A program made the position numbers and the translations under genes. The notes beneath the pieces are model-generated. The model did not search any database, was not told where the DNA came from, and saw only the letters and a list, made by a program, of their open reading frames with translations. Source: Squalus acanthias (Eukaryota). From it: a stretch of 64,000 bases of DNA. This document shows, piece after piece, positions 1 to 12,845 of this stretch (position 1 is its first letter; each line of letters opens with the position of its first letter). The DNA lies in contig CM059433.1 of the NCBI GenBank assembly GCA_030390025.1, forward strand, positions 62,620,001 to 62,684,000, given 5' to 3'.

Positions 1-419
1 CAATTGCCAGATTCTGCAAAACTGACTGTTGTAAGAAGTGAAGTCAAATGCTATTTCCTTCTTGAAAAATAAATCTGTTTAAAATCAAGACAACTTTGGC
101 CTAATCATGTATTACCCAACTTATCAGAGTTCTGAGTGCAAGTGGAAACTTGATTCACTAAATTGACAATCTCTCATACAAGAAAGGAGCTCCATTTTGC
201 AATTAACAAAAAATACACGTGGAGTAATTGCTTGCATTGAAAGTACCCCACCCCTTATTGGCTTTTGTTCCTTTCTGTTCATTGAGCCAGCAAGTTAAGT
301 TGTACTTGAAATGCTCCTGATCAATTGTAAGTAGTTGTTCTTTCTTCAGATTCTGGTTTCTATGAATATTCACATTGAATGCTACAGTCATTTATTTGTT
401 ATCTCAGAAATAAATATGA

Positions 420-3154
420 TGGATAAACCCAGCAACTACAGGCCAGTCAGTTTGACCTCGGTAGTGGGGAAGCTTTTAGAAACAGTAATCAGAGACAAAA
501 TTAACAGTCACTTGGACACGTGTGGATTAATTAAGGAAAGCCAGAAGAGATTTGTTAACTTGATTGAGTTCTTTGATGAAGTAACAGAGAGGGTTGATGA
601 GGGTAATGCAGTTCACGTAGTGTACATGGACTTCTAAAAAGTGTTCGACAAAGTGCCACAAAATAGGCTTGCCAGCAAAGTTGAAGCCCATGAAATAAAA
701 GGGACAGTGGCAGCATGGATACGAAATTGGCTAAGTGATAGGAAACAGAGTAGTGGTGAATGGTTGTTTTTCGGACTGGAGGAAGGTACACAGTGGTGTT
801 TCCCAGGGGTCGGTTCCAGGACCACTCCTTTTCTTGAGTCCATTATAAAAGATGTAATAGCAGAGCACTTGGAAAACAGTGACAGGATCGGACAAAGTCA
901 ACATGGATTTACAAAAGGTAAATCGTGCTTGACTAATCTACTGGAATTTTTTGAGGATGTAACTGGTAAAATAGACAAGGGAGAACCAGTGGATGTGGTG
1001 TATTTGGACTTTCAAAAGGCTTTCCATAAGGTCCCGCGTAAGAGATTAGCGTGTAAAGTTAAGGCACATGGGATTGGGGGCAAGGTATTGACTTGGATAG
1101 AGAACTGGTTGGCAGACAGAAAGCAAAGAGTTGGAATAAACGGGTCTTTTTCCGAGTGGCAGGCAGTGACTAGTGGGGTACCGCAGGGATCGGTCCTTGA
1201 ACCCCAGCTATTCACAATATATATTAATGATCTAGACAAGGGAACTAGATGTAATATCTCCAAGTTTGCAGACGACACAAAGCTGGGTGGGCGTGTGTGC
1301 TGTGAGGAGGATGCCAAGAAACTCCAGGATGATTTGGACAGGTTGGGTGATTGGGCAGAAGCGTGCCAGATGCAATATAATGTGGATAAATGCGAGGTTA
1401 TCCACTTTGGTGTCAAAAATAGGAAGGCAGATTATCTGAATGGCAATAGATTGGGAGAAGGGGAAGTGCAACGAGACCTGGGTGACCTTGTGCACCAGTC
1501 ACTGAAGGTAAGCATGCAGGTGCAGCAGGCGGTTAAGAAGGCAAATGGTATGTTGGCCTTCGTAGCGAGAGGGTTTGAGTACAGGAACAAGGAAGTCTTG
1601 CTGTAGTTGTACAGGGCCTTGGTGAGACCACATCTTGAGTACTGTGTGCAGTTTTGGTCACCTAATCTGAGGAAGGAGGTTCTTGCCATGGAAGGAGTTC
1701 AGCGAAGATTGACCAGGCTGATACCTGGGATGGCAGGAATGACATATGAGGAGAGATTGGGTCGATTGGGCTTATACTCGCTGGAGTTTAGAAGAATGAG
1801 AGGGGATCTCATTGAAACTTATAAAATTCTGACAGGACTGGACAGACTAGATGCAGGAAGGATGCAGGAAGGATGTTCCCGATGGTCGGGGAGTCCAGAA
1901 CCAGGGGTCACAGTCTAAGGATAAGGGGTAAGCCATTTAGGACAGAAATGAGGAGGAATTTCTTCACCCAGAGGGTGGTGAACCTGTGGAATTCTCTACC
2001 ACAGAAGGCAGTAGAGGCCAATTCATTAAATATATTCAAGAAGGAGTTGGATATATTTCTTAAGGCTAAAGGGATCAAGGGATATGGGGAGAAAGCAGGG
2101 ACAGGGTACTGAATTTGGATGATCAGCCATGATCGCATTGAATGGCGGAGCAGGCTAGAGGGGCCGAATGGCCTACTCCTGCTCCTATCTTCTATGTTTC
2201 TATGATCTATATTAATGACTTGGACGTGGGTGTCAGGGCACAATTTCAAAATTTGCAGATGACACAAAACTTGGAAGTATAGTGAACAGTGAGGAGGATA
2301 GTGATAGACTTCAAGAGGACATAGACAAGCTGGTGGAATGGGTGGACACGTGGCAGATGAAATTTAACGCAGAAAAGTGTGAAGTGACACATTTTGGTAG
2401 AAAGAATGGGAAGAGGACATATAAACTAAATGGTACAATCCTGAAGGGGGTGCATGAACAGAGACATCTGGGGGTATATGTGCACAAATCGTTGAAGGTG
2501 GCAGGGCAGTTTGAGAAAGCAGTTAAAAAAGCTTACAGGATCCTGGGATGGTGTGGGAATTATGATGAACCTGTATAAAACACTGGTTCGGCCCCAACTG
2601 GAGTACTGTGTCCAATTCGGGGCACCACACTTTAGGAAGGATGTGAAGGCCTTAAAGAGGGTGCAGAAAAGACTTACGAGAATGATTCCAGGAATGAGGG
2701 ACTTCAGTTACGTTACGACTGGAGTAGCTGGGGTTGTTCTCCTTGGAGCAGAGAAGATTGAGGAGATTTGATAGAGGTGTTCAAAATCATGAGGGGTCTG
2801 GACAGAGTAGAGGAAAACTGTTCCCATTGGCAGAAGGGTGGAGAACCAGAGGACGCAGATTTAAGGTGATTGGCAGAAGAACCAAAGGCGACGTAAGGAA
2901 AAAACTTTTTTACGCAGCGAGTGGTTAGGATCTGGAATGCACTGCCTGAGAGGGTGGAGGAGGCAGACTCAATCATTGCTTTCAAAAGAGAGTTAGATAA
3001 GTACCTGAAGGAAAGAAATTTGCAGGGCTACGGGGAAAGGGCGATGGAGTGGGATGAGCTGAAGTGCTCTTGCAGAGAGCCGGCACGGGCTCGACAGGCT
3101 GAATGGCCTTCTTCCGTGCTGTTTCCATTCTATGATTCTATTCTATGATTCTAT
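420..3154 (+). mobile_element. Degenerate 5'-truncated CR1 LINE (RT region to 3' tail), interrupted by a younger CR1 at ~835-2204
   Basis: ORFs give NYRPVSLTSVVGKLLE, FDKVP, then after the insert INDL..KFADDTK, LVRPQLEYCVQF; ends in a (ttctatga)n tail at ~3128-3154; frameshifts and stops throughout. Confidence 0.9.
835..2204 (+). mobile_element. 5'-truncated CR1 (HER1-like) LINE nested in an older CR1
   Basis: QHGFTKGKSCLTNLLEFF, YLDFQKAF, GVPQGSVL, KFADDTK; one stop at ~1604 and an 11-bp duplication frameshift at ~1850-1875; 3' UTR ending ctatcttctatgtttctatg; host frame (accactccttttcttga|tctatattaatgac) rejoins across it. Confidence 0.93.
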
Positions 3155-3589
3155 AATGTAATTCTTTGATCTGTGAAAAAGAACAAGAACTGTACTGAAG
3201 ACAGAGAAAAGTAATTATGTAGTGTGAAGATCTGATTTCTGATGGTTTCACTGTAATGAAATGCTAGAGAAATACCGCCACTTAACAAGAAGAATATGTA
3301 ACTACTTCAAAAAGAATATTAAAGGTAAGAGTAGCAAGCTAGAGAATAAGATTAGACTAGATACTTCATGTAGAGAAAAACTTAACTTCATGGGGCAAAT
3401 AGCCAGTTTCTGAGCTGTAACATTCGATGATTCTATCAGAAACATGAAGGACTGATTTGAACCACAGATAATTTCTTGAAATTTCTCTTCTGGTGAAACA
3501 TGAAAAACATAATCTTGGAGACAAGCATTTGATTGCACTTTAAGAAAGATGTCATCAGTCTTGTACATTGACACCTTAGTCACTACCAG

Positions 3590-3818
3590 TACTGATATTG
3601 TTTCTTTCAGTACCATCACCTCCAGATACTCCCAAGGGTTTATCCTAAGCCCCAATCTCCTCCCCGTTCCTTATCTACGTGCTTCTGCTTGGCAACATCA
3701 TCCACAGGCATAGGGTCAGTATTCACCTGTGCGTTGATGATGGCCAGCTCTACCACTCCACAACTTCCTTTGTCCCCTGGACTGCTTCCATGCTGTCAGA
3801 TTGTCTGTCTGGCACCAA
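3590..3818 (+). mobile_element. Old L2-type LINE RT fragment
   Basis: Degenerate PQG.ILSP and LLLGNIIHRHRVSIHLCVDDGQLY, resembling the L2 motif MLPLG.II..H...H.YADDTQLY. Confidence 0.65.
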
Positions 3819-4366
3819 GGCCAGAATTTTTTGGGGTCCGTGCTGGCGCGATTGGAGGTGGGTCGGGAGGGAAATTTGAAAAACCTTGAAGCAGGTCGGG
3901 TACCCGCCGTCATCCCGCCCCCACGCGCCTTTCCCTCGGGTGCGTTTGCCAGCGCGTCAGCGACACGAACGGCAGAGGCTGCCGAGGTAATTGAGATCAT
4001 TATGCGGTACTCGTCAGATGCTTAAACGTCTTTTTAACCCTACCTTTCAAATTTCCCTGCATGACCACAGAAATCATGCAGCTCGAGAACCACGTCTGTA
4101 AACCTGAGGTGGAAGTTCAGTGGCCATTGATGTACCTCATTAGTGCACTGCATGAAAAGTACCATAAAAACTCCCACCTGACAGCTGATCACTTTCCTAA
4201 AGCAAACGCTGTTACTGATTGCATTGTCACCACAGATTTAGCTCTCTAGAGGTTGCAAGTGTTTCCAGCAAAGTCAGGATCCACTGTCACCTCATTGGTA
4301 GAACCTTCACACCATTGACAGATTGCTTCTGTCATCTCTACTTGACCTGCCATCTATTACATCAGA

Positions 4367-5337
4367 ATGGGTGCCGTTTATACTGTCTCACCTTGGTCCT
4401 CAGAATTGGACCACGATGAGCCCCAACACCAGCAGCATCAACAACACCACCACCAATCTTCTCCTCAACCACCTGATGCTGCACAGGACAGAGGCCATCA
4501 GTACAGGGCTCCACCCCGCCGGAGGCGATACTCCCAACACAGGGTATATAGGCAGAGGATGAGCTTCCTCAGCATGATGGAGCAGCAGTGCCAAAGGAGG
4601 CTCAGGCTATTGCACCAGGTCATTGCAGACATTTTCAAATTGCTGAATCAAGACCTGCAACTCAGAGGAGTGGGTGGACATGCCTTACCAGTGGCTGTCA
4701 AAGTCACCAGCGCCCTCAACTTCTTCGCCTCAGGGTCCTTCCAGGGATCTGCAGCAGACACTTGCGGCATCTCATAGTCAGCCGCCCATCGATGCATCAC
4801 ACAGGTCACCGATGCCCTCTTTGACAAGTCCGCCAATTATATCAACTTTGCCACTGATGAAGCCAGTGTTACTGAGCGGGCGCTCGGCTTTGCCGCTCTG
4901 GCTGGTTTCCCACGGGTGCAGGGAGTCATCGACTGTACACATGTGGCCATCAGGGCACCCCGCATCACCCAGGAGGCTTTGTCAACCATAAGGGCTTCCA
5001 CTCCCTCAATGTGCAGCTCATCTGCACCCATAGTAAGATCAGCATGCACGTGTGCACCAAATTCCCTGGCAGCTGTCATGGCGCTTTCGTCTTGCGCCAG
5101 TCCACCCTTCCTCAGCTCTTCGCTCCTCCAAACAGACTTTCCGGCTGGCTGCTTGGAGACAAGGGCTATCCACTGAAGACGTGGCTCATGACATCCTTGA
5201 GGAGGCCAAGTACTGAGGCCTAGGAGAGATATAATGAAAGCCATATCTCCACCAGATGTGTCATAGAGCAGACAATAGGCATGCTGAAAATGCGCTTCAG
5301 ATGCCTTGACAGATCTGGAGGAGACCTTCAGTACTCT
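4367..5337 (+). pseudogene. Harbinger (HARBI1-like, DDE_Tnp_4) transposase pseudogene
   Basis: [84 protein letters not shown]; stops at 4775 and 5221, frameshift near 4970, 3' end replaced by a LINE. Confidence 0.92.
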
Positions 5338-6640
5338 CAATCATCAGCAAAGTGATGGAAGGTGTCGTCGACAGTGCTATCAAGCGGCACTTAATCACCA
5401 ATAACCTGCTCACTGATGCCCAGTTTGGGTTCCCCCAAGACCACTCGGCTCCAGACCTCATTACAGCCTTGGTCCAAACATGGACAAAGGAGCTGAATTC
5501 CAGAGGTGAGGTTGACATCAAGGCAGCATTTGACTGAGTGTGGCATCAAGGAGCCCTAGTAAAACTGAAGTCAATGGGAATCGGGGAGAAAACTCTCCAC
5601 TGGCTGGAGTCATACGTAGCACAAAAGGAAGATAGTTGTGGTTTTTGGAGGTCGATCATCTCAGCCCCAGAACATCGCTGCAGGAGTTCCTCGGGGCGGT
5701 GTTCTAGGCCCAACCATCTTCAGCTGCTTCATCAATGACCTTCCCCCTCAACATAAGGTCAGAAATGGGAATGTTCACTGATGACTGCAACTCTTCAGAT
5801 AATGAAGCAGTCCATGCCCGCATGCAACAAGACCTGAACGACATTCAGGCTTGGGCTGATAAGTGGCAGGTAACATTCATTCCACACAAGTGCCAGGCAA
5901 TGACTATCTCCAACAAGCGAGAGTCTAACCACCGCCCCTTGACATTCAACGGCATTACCATCGCCGAATCCTCCACCATCAACATCCTTGGGGTCACCAT
6001 TGACCAGAAACTTAACTGGACCAACCACGTAAATACTGTGGAAACAAGAGCAGGTCAGAGGCTAGGTATTCTGCAGCGAGTGTCTCACCTCTCCATCATC
6101 TACAAGGCATAATTAAGGAGTGTGATGGAATACTCTCCACTTGCCTGGATGAGTGCAGCTCCAACAACACTCAAGGAGTTCGACACCATACAGGACAAAG
6201 CAGCCCACTTGATTGGCACCCCATCAACCATCTTAAACATTCACTCCCTCCACCACTGACTTACCGTGGTTGCAGTGTGTACCATCTACAAGATGCACTG
6301 CAGCAACTCGCCAAGGCTTCTTCGGCAGCACCGTCCAAACCCACGACCTCTTCCATCTAGAAGGACAAGGGCAGCAGGCGCATGGGAACACCACCACCTC
6401 CAAGTTCCGCTCCAAGTCACACACCATCCTGACTTGGAAGTATATCTCCACTCCTTCATCGTCGCTGGGTCAAAATCCTGGAACTCCCTCCCTAACAGCA
6501 CTGTGGGAGTACCTTCACCACACGGACTGCAGCGGTTCAAGGCGGCGGCTCACCACCACCTTCTCAAGGGCAATTCAGGATGGGCAATAAATGCTGGCCT
6601 TGCCAGTGACGCCCAGATCCCATGAACTAATAAAAAAAAA
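5333..6640 (+). mobile_element. 5'-truncated LINE (same family as 26337-29362) inserted in the Harbinger transposase
   Basis: DIKAAFD.VWHQGAL, GMFTDDC; closely matches 28007-29362; 3' end gggcaataaatgctggccttgccag...poly(A). Confidence 0.9.
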
Positions 6641-6769
6641 CATGCTGCGTCAGGTTCGCACCACTCCACAGCAACACCATAAAGCATCCCTACAAATGAC
6701 CACGCCATTCCTTTCACACTGATCACCATTGTTGGAGATAACATTATGTCTCACCATTAACTCCAACAT

Positions 6770-8111
6770 CTACTTGTGTTTCATCTTTCTCTTGCGCGTG
6801 CTTCTACGAAGTGCTACCCCTGTGGCTTCAGCAGAGGTAGAGGCAGCCTGCTCACTTCCCTGCTGCTGCTGCATGAACACTTTTGGTGGACGTCCTCTGG
6901 GTTTTGGAGCCTGTGATGGCCCCGCCAAAGTCTGCTTCTCCTGCGACTGTGCAGGGGCACTCAGCCATTGCGATCCCAGGAGCCATCTGGGGATCTGACT
7001 GGAAGGGGAGGGGGGGGTGGCAGCAACAGGGGAGAAGTCTGAGCACTTAATGAGAGGAACCCCCAATTCCATGTCCCCTCTCACCATCATCCCTCTCATG
7101 GGCCACCCACACTTCCCTGCTAGCAAGGAGCTGGAGAGCACCTTGCTGCACATCAGTGGGGTCATGAGGACCCACATCTACGCTGACATCCCTCCTAGAG
7201 GTCTTTGAGCATCTGCCATCTATTCTCCACAGATAGCCATCTATTCTCCATAGATAGCATGTGCTCCTGTGAGTGGCGCATTAGCTGCTCCATGCAGGTG
7301 GCCCTCCTTTCCATGGAAGAGCCGACAGTCGCCATCGCCTGCGACACGGTGGTGCTCATGTTGGAGATGGACTCCTCCATTCTCTGCACATTTGCAGACA
7401 TGGCGGGCGCAAAACCTGTCAAAGCCTCCTGCACTTCTTGCTGCACCTCCAGGATCGCCCTCTTTCTGTATGGCCCCCGAGGCTCAGTGTCTGCATGCAG
7501 CTTAGCAGAGCTGGGAGTATCCTGTGGGCTCTCTTTTCCTGCAAGGAGGGAAAGAGAAAGTTGAGTGAGAGTGATGGAATGAGTGTAAGGAATGGATGGG
7601 TTACATCTTGAGGGTGACTCTGATGGAGTGGGGTGGTAATGCCAAGTGGTCTCCTTGTGTTGTTAGTTGGTATGATTGCAGTAGGATGAAGGTGAGTGTG
7701 AGGGGTGGTTAGTCAGATGGGGATGTGGGAATGTAGATAGAGAGGGATGGGTGGACGTGCAAGGCATGTTGGTGTGAGTAAGGATGTGCAGGAGTAGGGT
7801 TGGGAAGGCAGAGTGATGGGGATGTGATGAGAGGCACAGCAGGATGAAGATGAGTGTGACTTTGCACTCACCTTTCCTGATCTAATGAGATAATTGAAAC
7901 GTTTGCGGCACTGCACCCAGGTCCTCCTGACAACATCCCTGCTGTTCACCTCCGCTGCTATTTGGAGCCAGGCGCCTTTGGTCTGTTGGGGAGGTCTCTT
8001 CCGCCCATGGTAAGGGAAGAGGACCTCCCAATGTGCTCTCACTCCCTCCACAAGCACATGGAGGGAGTCATCTGAGAACCTGGGTGTAGCCCTCTGTCTC
8101 TGTGCAGTCAT
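6770..8111 (-). pseudogene. Harbinger Myb/SANT-like DNA-binding protein gene, spliced and internally deleted
   Basis: Exon 1 8111-7872 MTAQRQRATPRFSDDSLHVLVEGV..W..IAAEVN..RTWVQCRKRFNYL ends at AAG|gtgagt; acceptor ccttgcag|GAA AAG AGA GCC CAC at 7538; coiled-coil-like middle and basic C-terminus RRSTRKRKMKHK*. Confidence 0.85.
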
Positions 8112-11100
8112 GTCTGGCACTGTTTGGAACACTCCAATGCTGCAATGCAGTGTCTGCACTATCCTAGATGAACCTTCAAATGCAATGTGGCCATGACTCC
8201 TTTTAAATATCCCGCTGAAGACGTGTCATTGATGACGTCATCAGACCCGCACCATTTAATCGGGCCGGGTAATGCGCAGGGCAGCCTTAATAGGGGCCAT
8301 TAATGGAAAGTTGATCTCAGCAGTGGGATGGAATGAAGAACAGGGTTGTGAACTGCCACGGCAACCGCCCGCATCCAACCTGCCCAGGTACAGAAAATTC
8401 TGGCCCAAGTTTCCCACCGGAAATCCACTGGCAAGTTAAAATCCACCCTGTATCTCTGTCTGTGTTTCTCAGCTTGGTATACTTTCTGAAGTAAAAAAAA
8501 TGAACAGCTTTTCGTTGAAGAGCTATTCAAATTCACTGTCAGTTTACCTTCAAATTCTTTTCAAAAACATGTAAACTGTTATGAACAGAAACACTATTTA
8601 TCTTTCACAGTTGAAAAATAAAATTATGAACCGTTTATAATTCAATCAGGAAAAAAAAGCTGCAGGAAGTGTGTACTCAGTACAGTACAAGGGGACTTTT
8701 GAAATGGAACTGTTTCCTTGCTCTCTCACGCACATGTAGCCTTACTGTTTAAAAAAAAACTTGAGCTAAACTTTATCTGAATAAAGCTTTTAAAATTTGT
8801 TCTTTACACTTTTTCAATTCTTTTTTGAAGAAATGCTAATGTAGATACTGCTGGAAGCTGGAGAAACATTCCAAATGACTAAATGCAACTGACACATTCG
8901 AGAAAACTGGGCATCCTGCACCTGCTAACATTGCAGGATTTCTCTTCAGCTATTGGAGTCACAGCTCTGAGAAAAAATATCAAGTTCAAGCCTAAACATT
9001 TGGGAGAGGCAAATTTAGAACAGATGTCAGTGAGTTCTTCTTCACAAATAAAAGTGGGCAATACATAGAATAAACTGTGTCGAATAGTGAAGGTGAAAAT
9101 CCTAGAATCACTTAAGAAACAGTTGAATACTGTGATGGAAGGACCGTAAAGTTTTTCTGCGTAAATTAGCTAACATGGGCTGAAGGGCTTTCCTCACCTA
9201 TATCTACCTTGTCAGCTAACACCACCAAAAACAGAATAACTGGTCAATTCATTGCTATGTGCAAAATGGCTGCTTATATACTCAAATCAGTGCATATTGA
9301 GATGTTTTCTGGGAGAAGTGATAAGACACTGTACAAATGCAAGTCTTTTCTTTATATAATCAATAAAACACGTCATGACCAAAAAAAAACCCTGAAATAT
9401 TTCCCCTCCCTTAACTATTCTTTTCACAGGGTGATAATCTTCAAATATTAGGTAAAATCACTTCACTAAATGCTAACCTTAGGGACAGTTATATTCCCAC
9501 AAAGTAGACACTATTGTATACATGAATGTACCCAATGATGGACCATATTTAATGAAAACATTGTAGCTGCACAGCTCACTTGTTTATCCTATAGATCATA
9601 TTGTTTGAAGTTCCTGCCACCCACAGAGAACAAACTCTGAGTAATTGGTCTATTCCTCTCTGGTTTTACAGATTTCCAGAAAGAACAAAACTTTGGTACA
9701 GTACGTATACATGTCTAGGTATACAAGGAATCATCTGGAAACCTCAGGTGTGGCCTCTTTTTATCTAGTCATGGGCATGGTTCCAATTACTGCTCTTGAA
9801 GAGTATAACATAACCAGTGAAACTTCTTCATTTGATTGGATATGCAACTATTAATTAATGAACCAAATAATTTGAATCTTTTGACCTTTAAGAGGCTTTA
9901 TACAGTACAGGTTACAGGGTGGTATATTGATTTACTTCCAATGGATATAGTGATTTATAACCATCAGCCATTGATTAGAATGGAGCTCATGGGGCAGGAA
10001 AGCCACAGCACTTCTGCACTCCTGCCATAAATCTAGCAGCAGTGTAGTGGAAGGACCATGAATTAGAACAGGTCCCAGATATTCCAGGTCCTGGCCTTTC
10101 CTCGCAGTTTCTGTGGGGCGTGTTTGGGGCGGAGCTTCTCTGTTCACCACAAACACGGTCCCATGCACTAGAGGGGGCATAACCAGCAGAGGGGACTCCT
10201 AGGCTGAGTTTTCTCTTCCCCAGCCTGGTCGAAGAACAGAAGATTGGTACACAGTGGAAATGGGGCCCACCTCGGGGTCCAGGCCTGGGTCGTGGACCAG
10301 AACCATTTACATAGATTTATTTTTAGGTTTTATGCCAATGGAAGGTATTAACCCAAGTGCTATTTGGTTAGAAACATTATGTCTTATTTTTATCTGATGA
10401 ATATAACTAAACTATAATTCCTACCTGGAACCTTTTTTTAAAAAACTGATACATCAATTAGACTGGTGCAGGGGAGCTTTCCCTAGATTACCTACTCTAT
10501 TCCCCCAGTCCATTTTTAAGGCTCTGAATGTACCCGAGTATCCTGTAATACAAATGTGTGGTACCCACCAACTCATTAGAAGTCTTCCGTGACAGATGGG
10601 ACACTAAGGTACACTGGGTATCATATTTCTCCTCTGCTCCTATTTCTTATGTTCATATATCATTCCTTTACACTTGATATATAAGCTATTTTTTTTGCTA
10701 TTTAGTTTGTGCCCATTTCCCTTGTGCCCCCAACCCCATTTTTTGTGTGCAGTTTTCTTGTAATATGGTAATACTTGAGTCGAGGTCAAAAAGGATTGGA
10801 ATCTGCTCAAACTTGTCAATAAACAGACTGTATTCTAAAAAAGAACTAATCATCACAGTAACAAGTTAACCTGATAACTCAGACAGTCATATGAGATTTG
10901 CTAACAATTTGAATTTTAGGCAGTAGCAATACTGTACGTTTTTAATGTCAGATTATTCTACCAACAGCTGAAACAAGCGTTTGGAGCAGGTACGAGTAGC
11001 AGGAAGGGTCTTTTATGAGGGGCACATTTGCTAGCCTGTTGAAAAGTAAGCTGATTAGAAAGCATAAGGGAAATAAAAGGTGCTAGAAAATCTGAAACTA

Positions 11101-12397
11101 GTCCCAAAGGGAAAAGACATTAAAAAAGTTAGCAGAACATTTACATTGCTCAAAAGGGAACAATTCCAAGCTTCTGGTTTTAATTCAGTGTAGTTAAATG
11201 CAAGTAAAGATTCGAAATTCTGCTAACAAATTACATTCAATTTAACCATGCTATATTTTGTTGCTCTAAAAACTAAAAATGTCAGTCACTGTGGACCCAA
11301 CATTTCTAGAGGAGTAAATCACTGCGTAAAACATGCTGAGCAAAGGAAAGTTGCAGAGCTCCCAGATCGTGAAAAACTATATTACAAGCTGGAGCTCTCC
11401 ACAGCGAAGAATCATTTTCACGTGTTCACTCACGTGAGCTCAGCCTTTTGCCACGTACAGTAATGCGTACCAGTGATACAAATAGGGAGAATTTTATTTT
11501 CTGCTTGAAACTGGAGCATTGAAAGATATTTCAGCTTTTATAGTATTCATATCTTTCTACTGTGTAACATCTCTAAAATGTATTGCCTAATGTTACAATA
11601 GCATAACTGAAGAAATAATTCCTCTCATAAAAATAAATATAATCTGAATTTATTCTACTTTTAAGGCAGAAAAGCTGCTTCAACCCACAAAGGATTTTTT
11701 TTTTTTTAAGCCCAGCAGATATACTGTACATTTTAAGCACTTCAGATAGTTTCAAGAATGTATACTCCGTACAACTCTGCCCTCTGCTGTCACAATGACA
11801 GAGACAGAAAAGCAGATGAAGGGATGGATTCTTTTCGCGTTACTCTATAAAAACATGCTGGTCCCTGTGCTGTTGGAAGAATGGAAATGCTACCTGTGGA
11901 AAGTCCCTCATTGTTGTCACTAGTAGAGCACTATGGTGTGAATTTTTGTACAATATCTGACTGAACTGTGAAAAGCACCCAGCAACAGAATTGTATATTT
12001 TGGCCTTCCAATGTTTGATTATAACTGGAGAGAGTATTTTAAATTGTAAAACAACACTAAGGTAGAGTCCTGGTGGTTAGAGGTGATAGTGGTCGGGGTG
12101 AGGGCCATTTGAGGTGATGAACTGAGAGCATCACAAAAGAAGTGTATTAGCACAACTTTAAAGCATACTGACTCAAAAGAGATTGCCCATCACCCCGCCC
12201 CACCCCAGGGTTGGACAATGTAGACTATAAAGTCAGACTGGTAGCTTAGAGTTGTATTAGTTTTTCTTAGGGACGGGCACCTTGGGGAGAAATGTCTCAT
12301 TCTGTGTACACGGAGTTGATGGTCCACAAACTCTTTTCTGACTACTTTTATAAACTTGGTGGCCACTCTGCCGATCCATGTATGCTACACCTGAAAC

Positions 12398-12845
12398 ACT
12401 TAATAGCTTGGGTTAAATGATGAGCACAGGTTGCATGGACTCAGCTTGTATTCCCTGGAGTATAGATGATTAAGGGGTGATCTAATTGAGGTGATTAAGA
12501 TGATTAAAGGAGTCGATAGAGAGAAACTATTTCCTCTGGTGTGGGAGTCCGGAACAAGGGGGCGTAACCTTAAGATTCGAGTTAGGCCGTTCAGGGGTGA
12601 TGTCAGGAAGCACTTCTTCACACAAAGGGTAGTGCAAATCTGAAACACTCTCCTCCAAAAAGCTGTTAAGGCTAATTTAATTTCAAATTTCAAAACTGAG
12701 ATTGATAGATTTTTGTTAGGCAAGGGTATTAAATGTTACAAAACCAAGGCAGGTAGATGGAGTTAAGATACAAATCAGCCATGATCAAATTGAATGGCAG
12801 AATAGACTCAAGGGGCTGAATGGCCTACTCCTGTTCCGATGTTCC
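12398..12845 (+). mobile_element. CR1 LINE 3' fragment
   Basis: LYSLEYR.LRGDLIEV, FFTQRVV..NTL and a CR1-type 3' UTR (cagccatgatc..gaatggcctactcctg). Confidence 0.85.

Larger units (their letters stand above)
3819..8405. mobile_element. Full-length PIF/Harbinger DNA transposon (two convergent genes), inactivated
   Basis: 12-bp TIR ggccagaatttt (3819) / aaaattctggcc (8405), 3-bp TSD CAA/CAA, DDE transposase on + and Myb/SANT gene on -. Confidence 0.9.

Noticed and set aside
1012-1689. Minus-strand ORFs over CR1 (also 40804-42782, 28261-29262)
   Set aside because: Antisense shadows of LINE RT coding sequence
4367-5337. Domesticated HARBI1 gene
   Set aside because: Stops, a frameshift, TIRs and a TSD show a dead transposon copy, not the host gene
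8548-8966. Further possible minus-strand micro-exons (8548-8575, ~8920-8966, ~30778-30799)
   Set aside because: Weak splice sites or no consistent frame; expected by chance in AT-rich DNA
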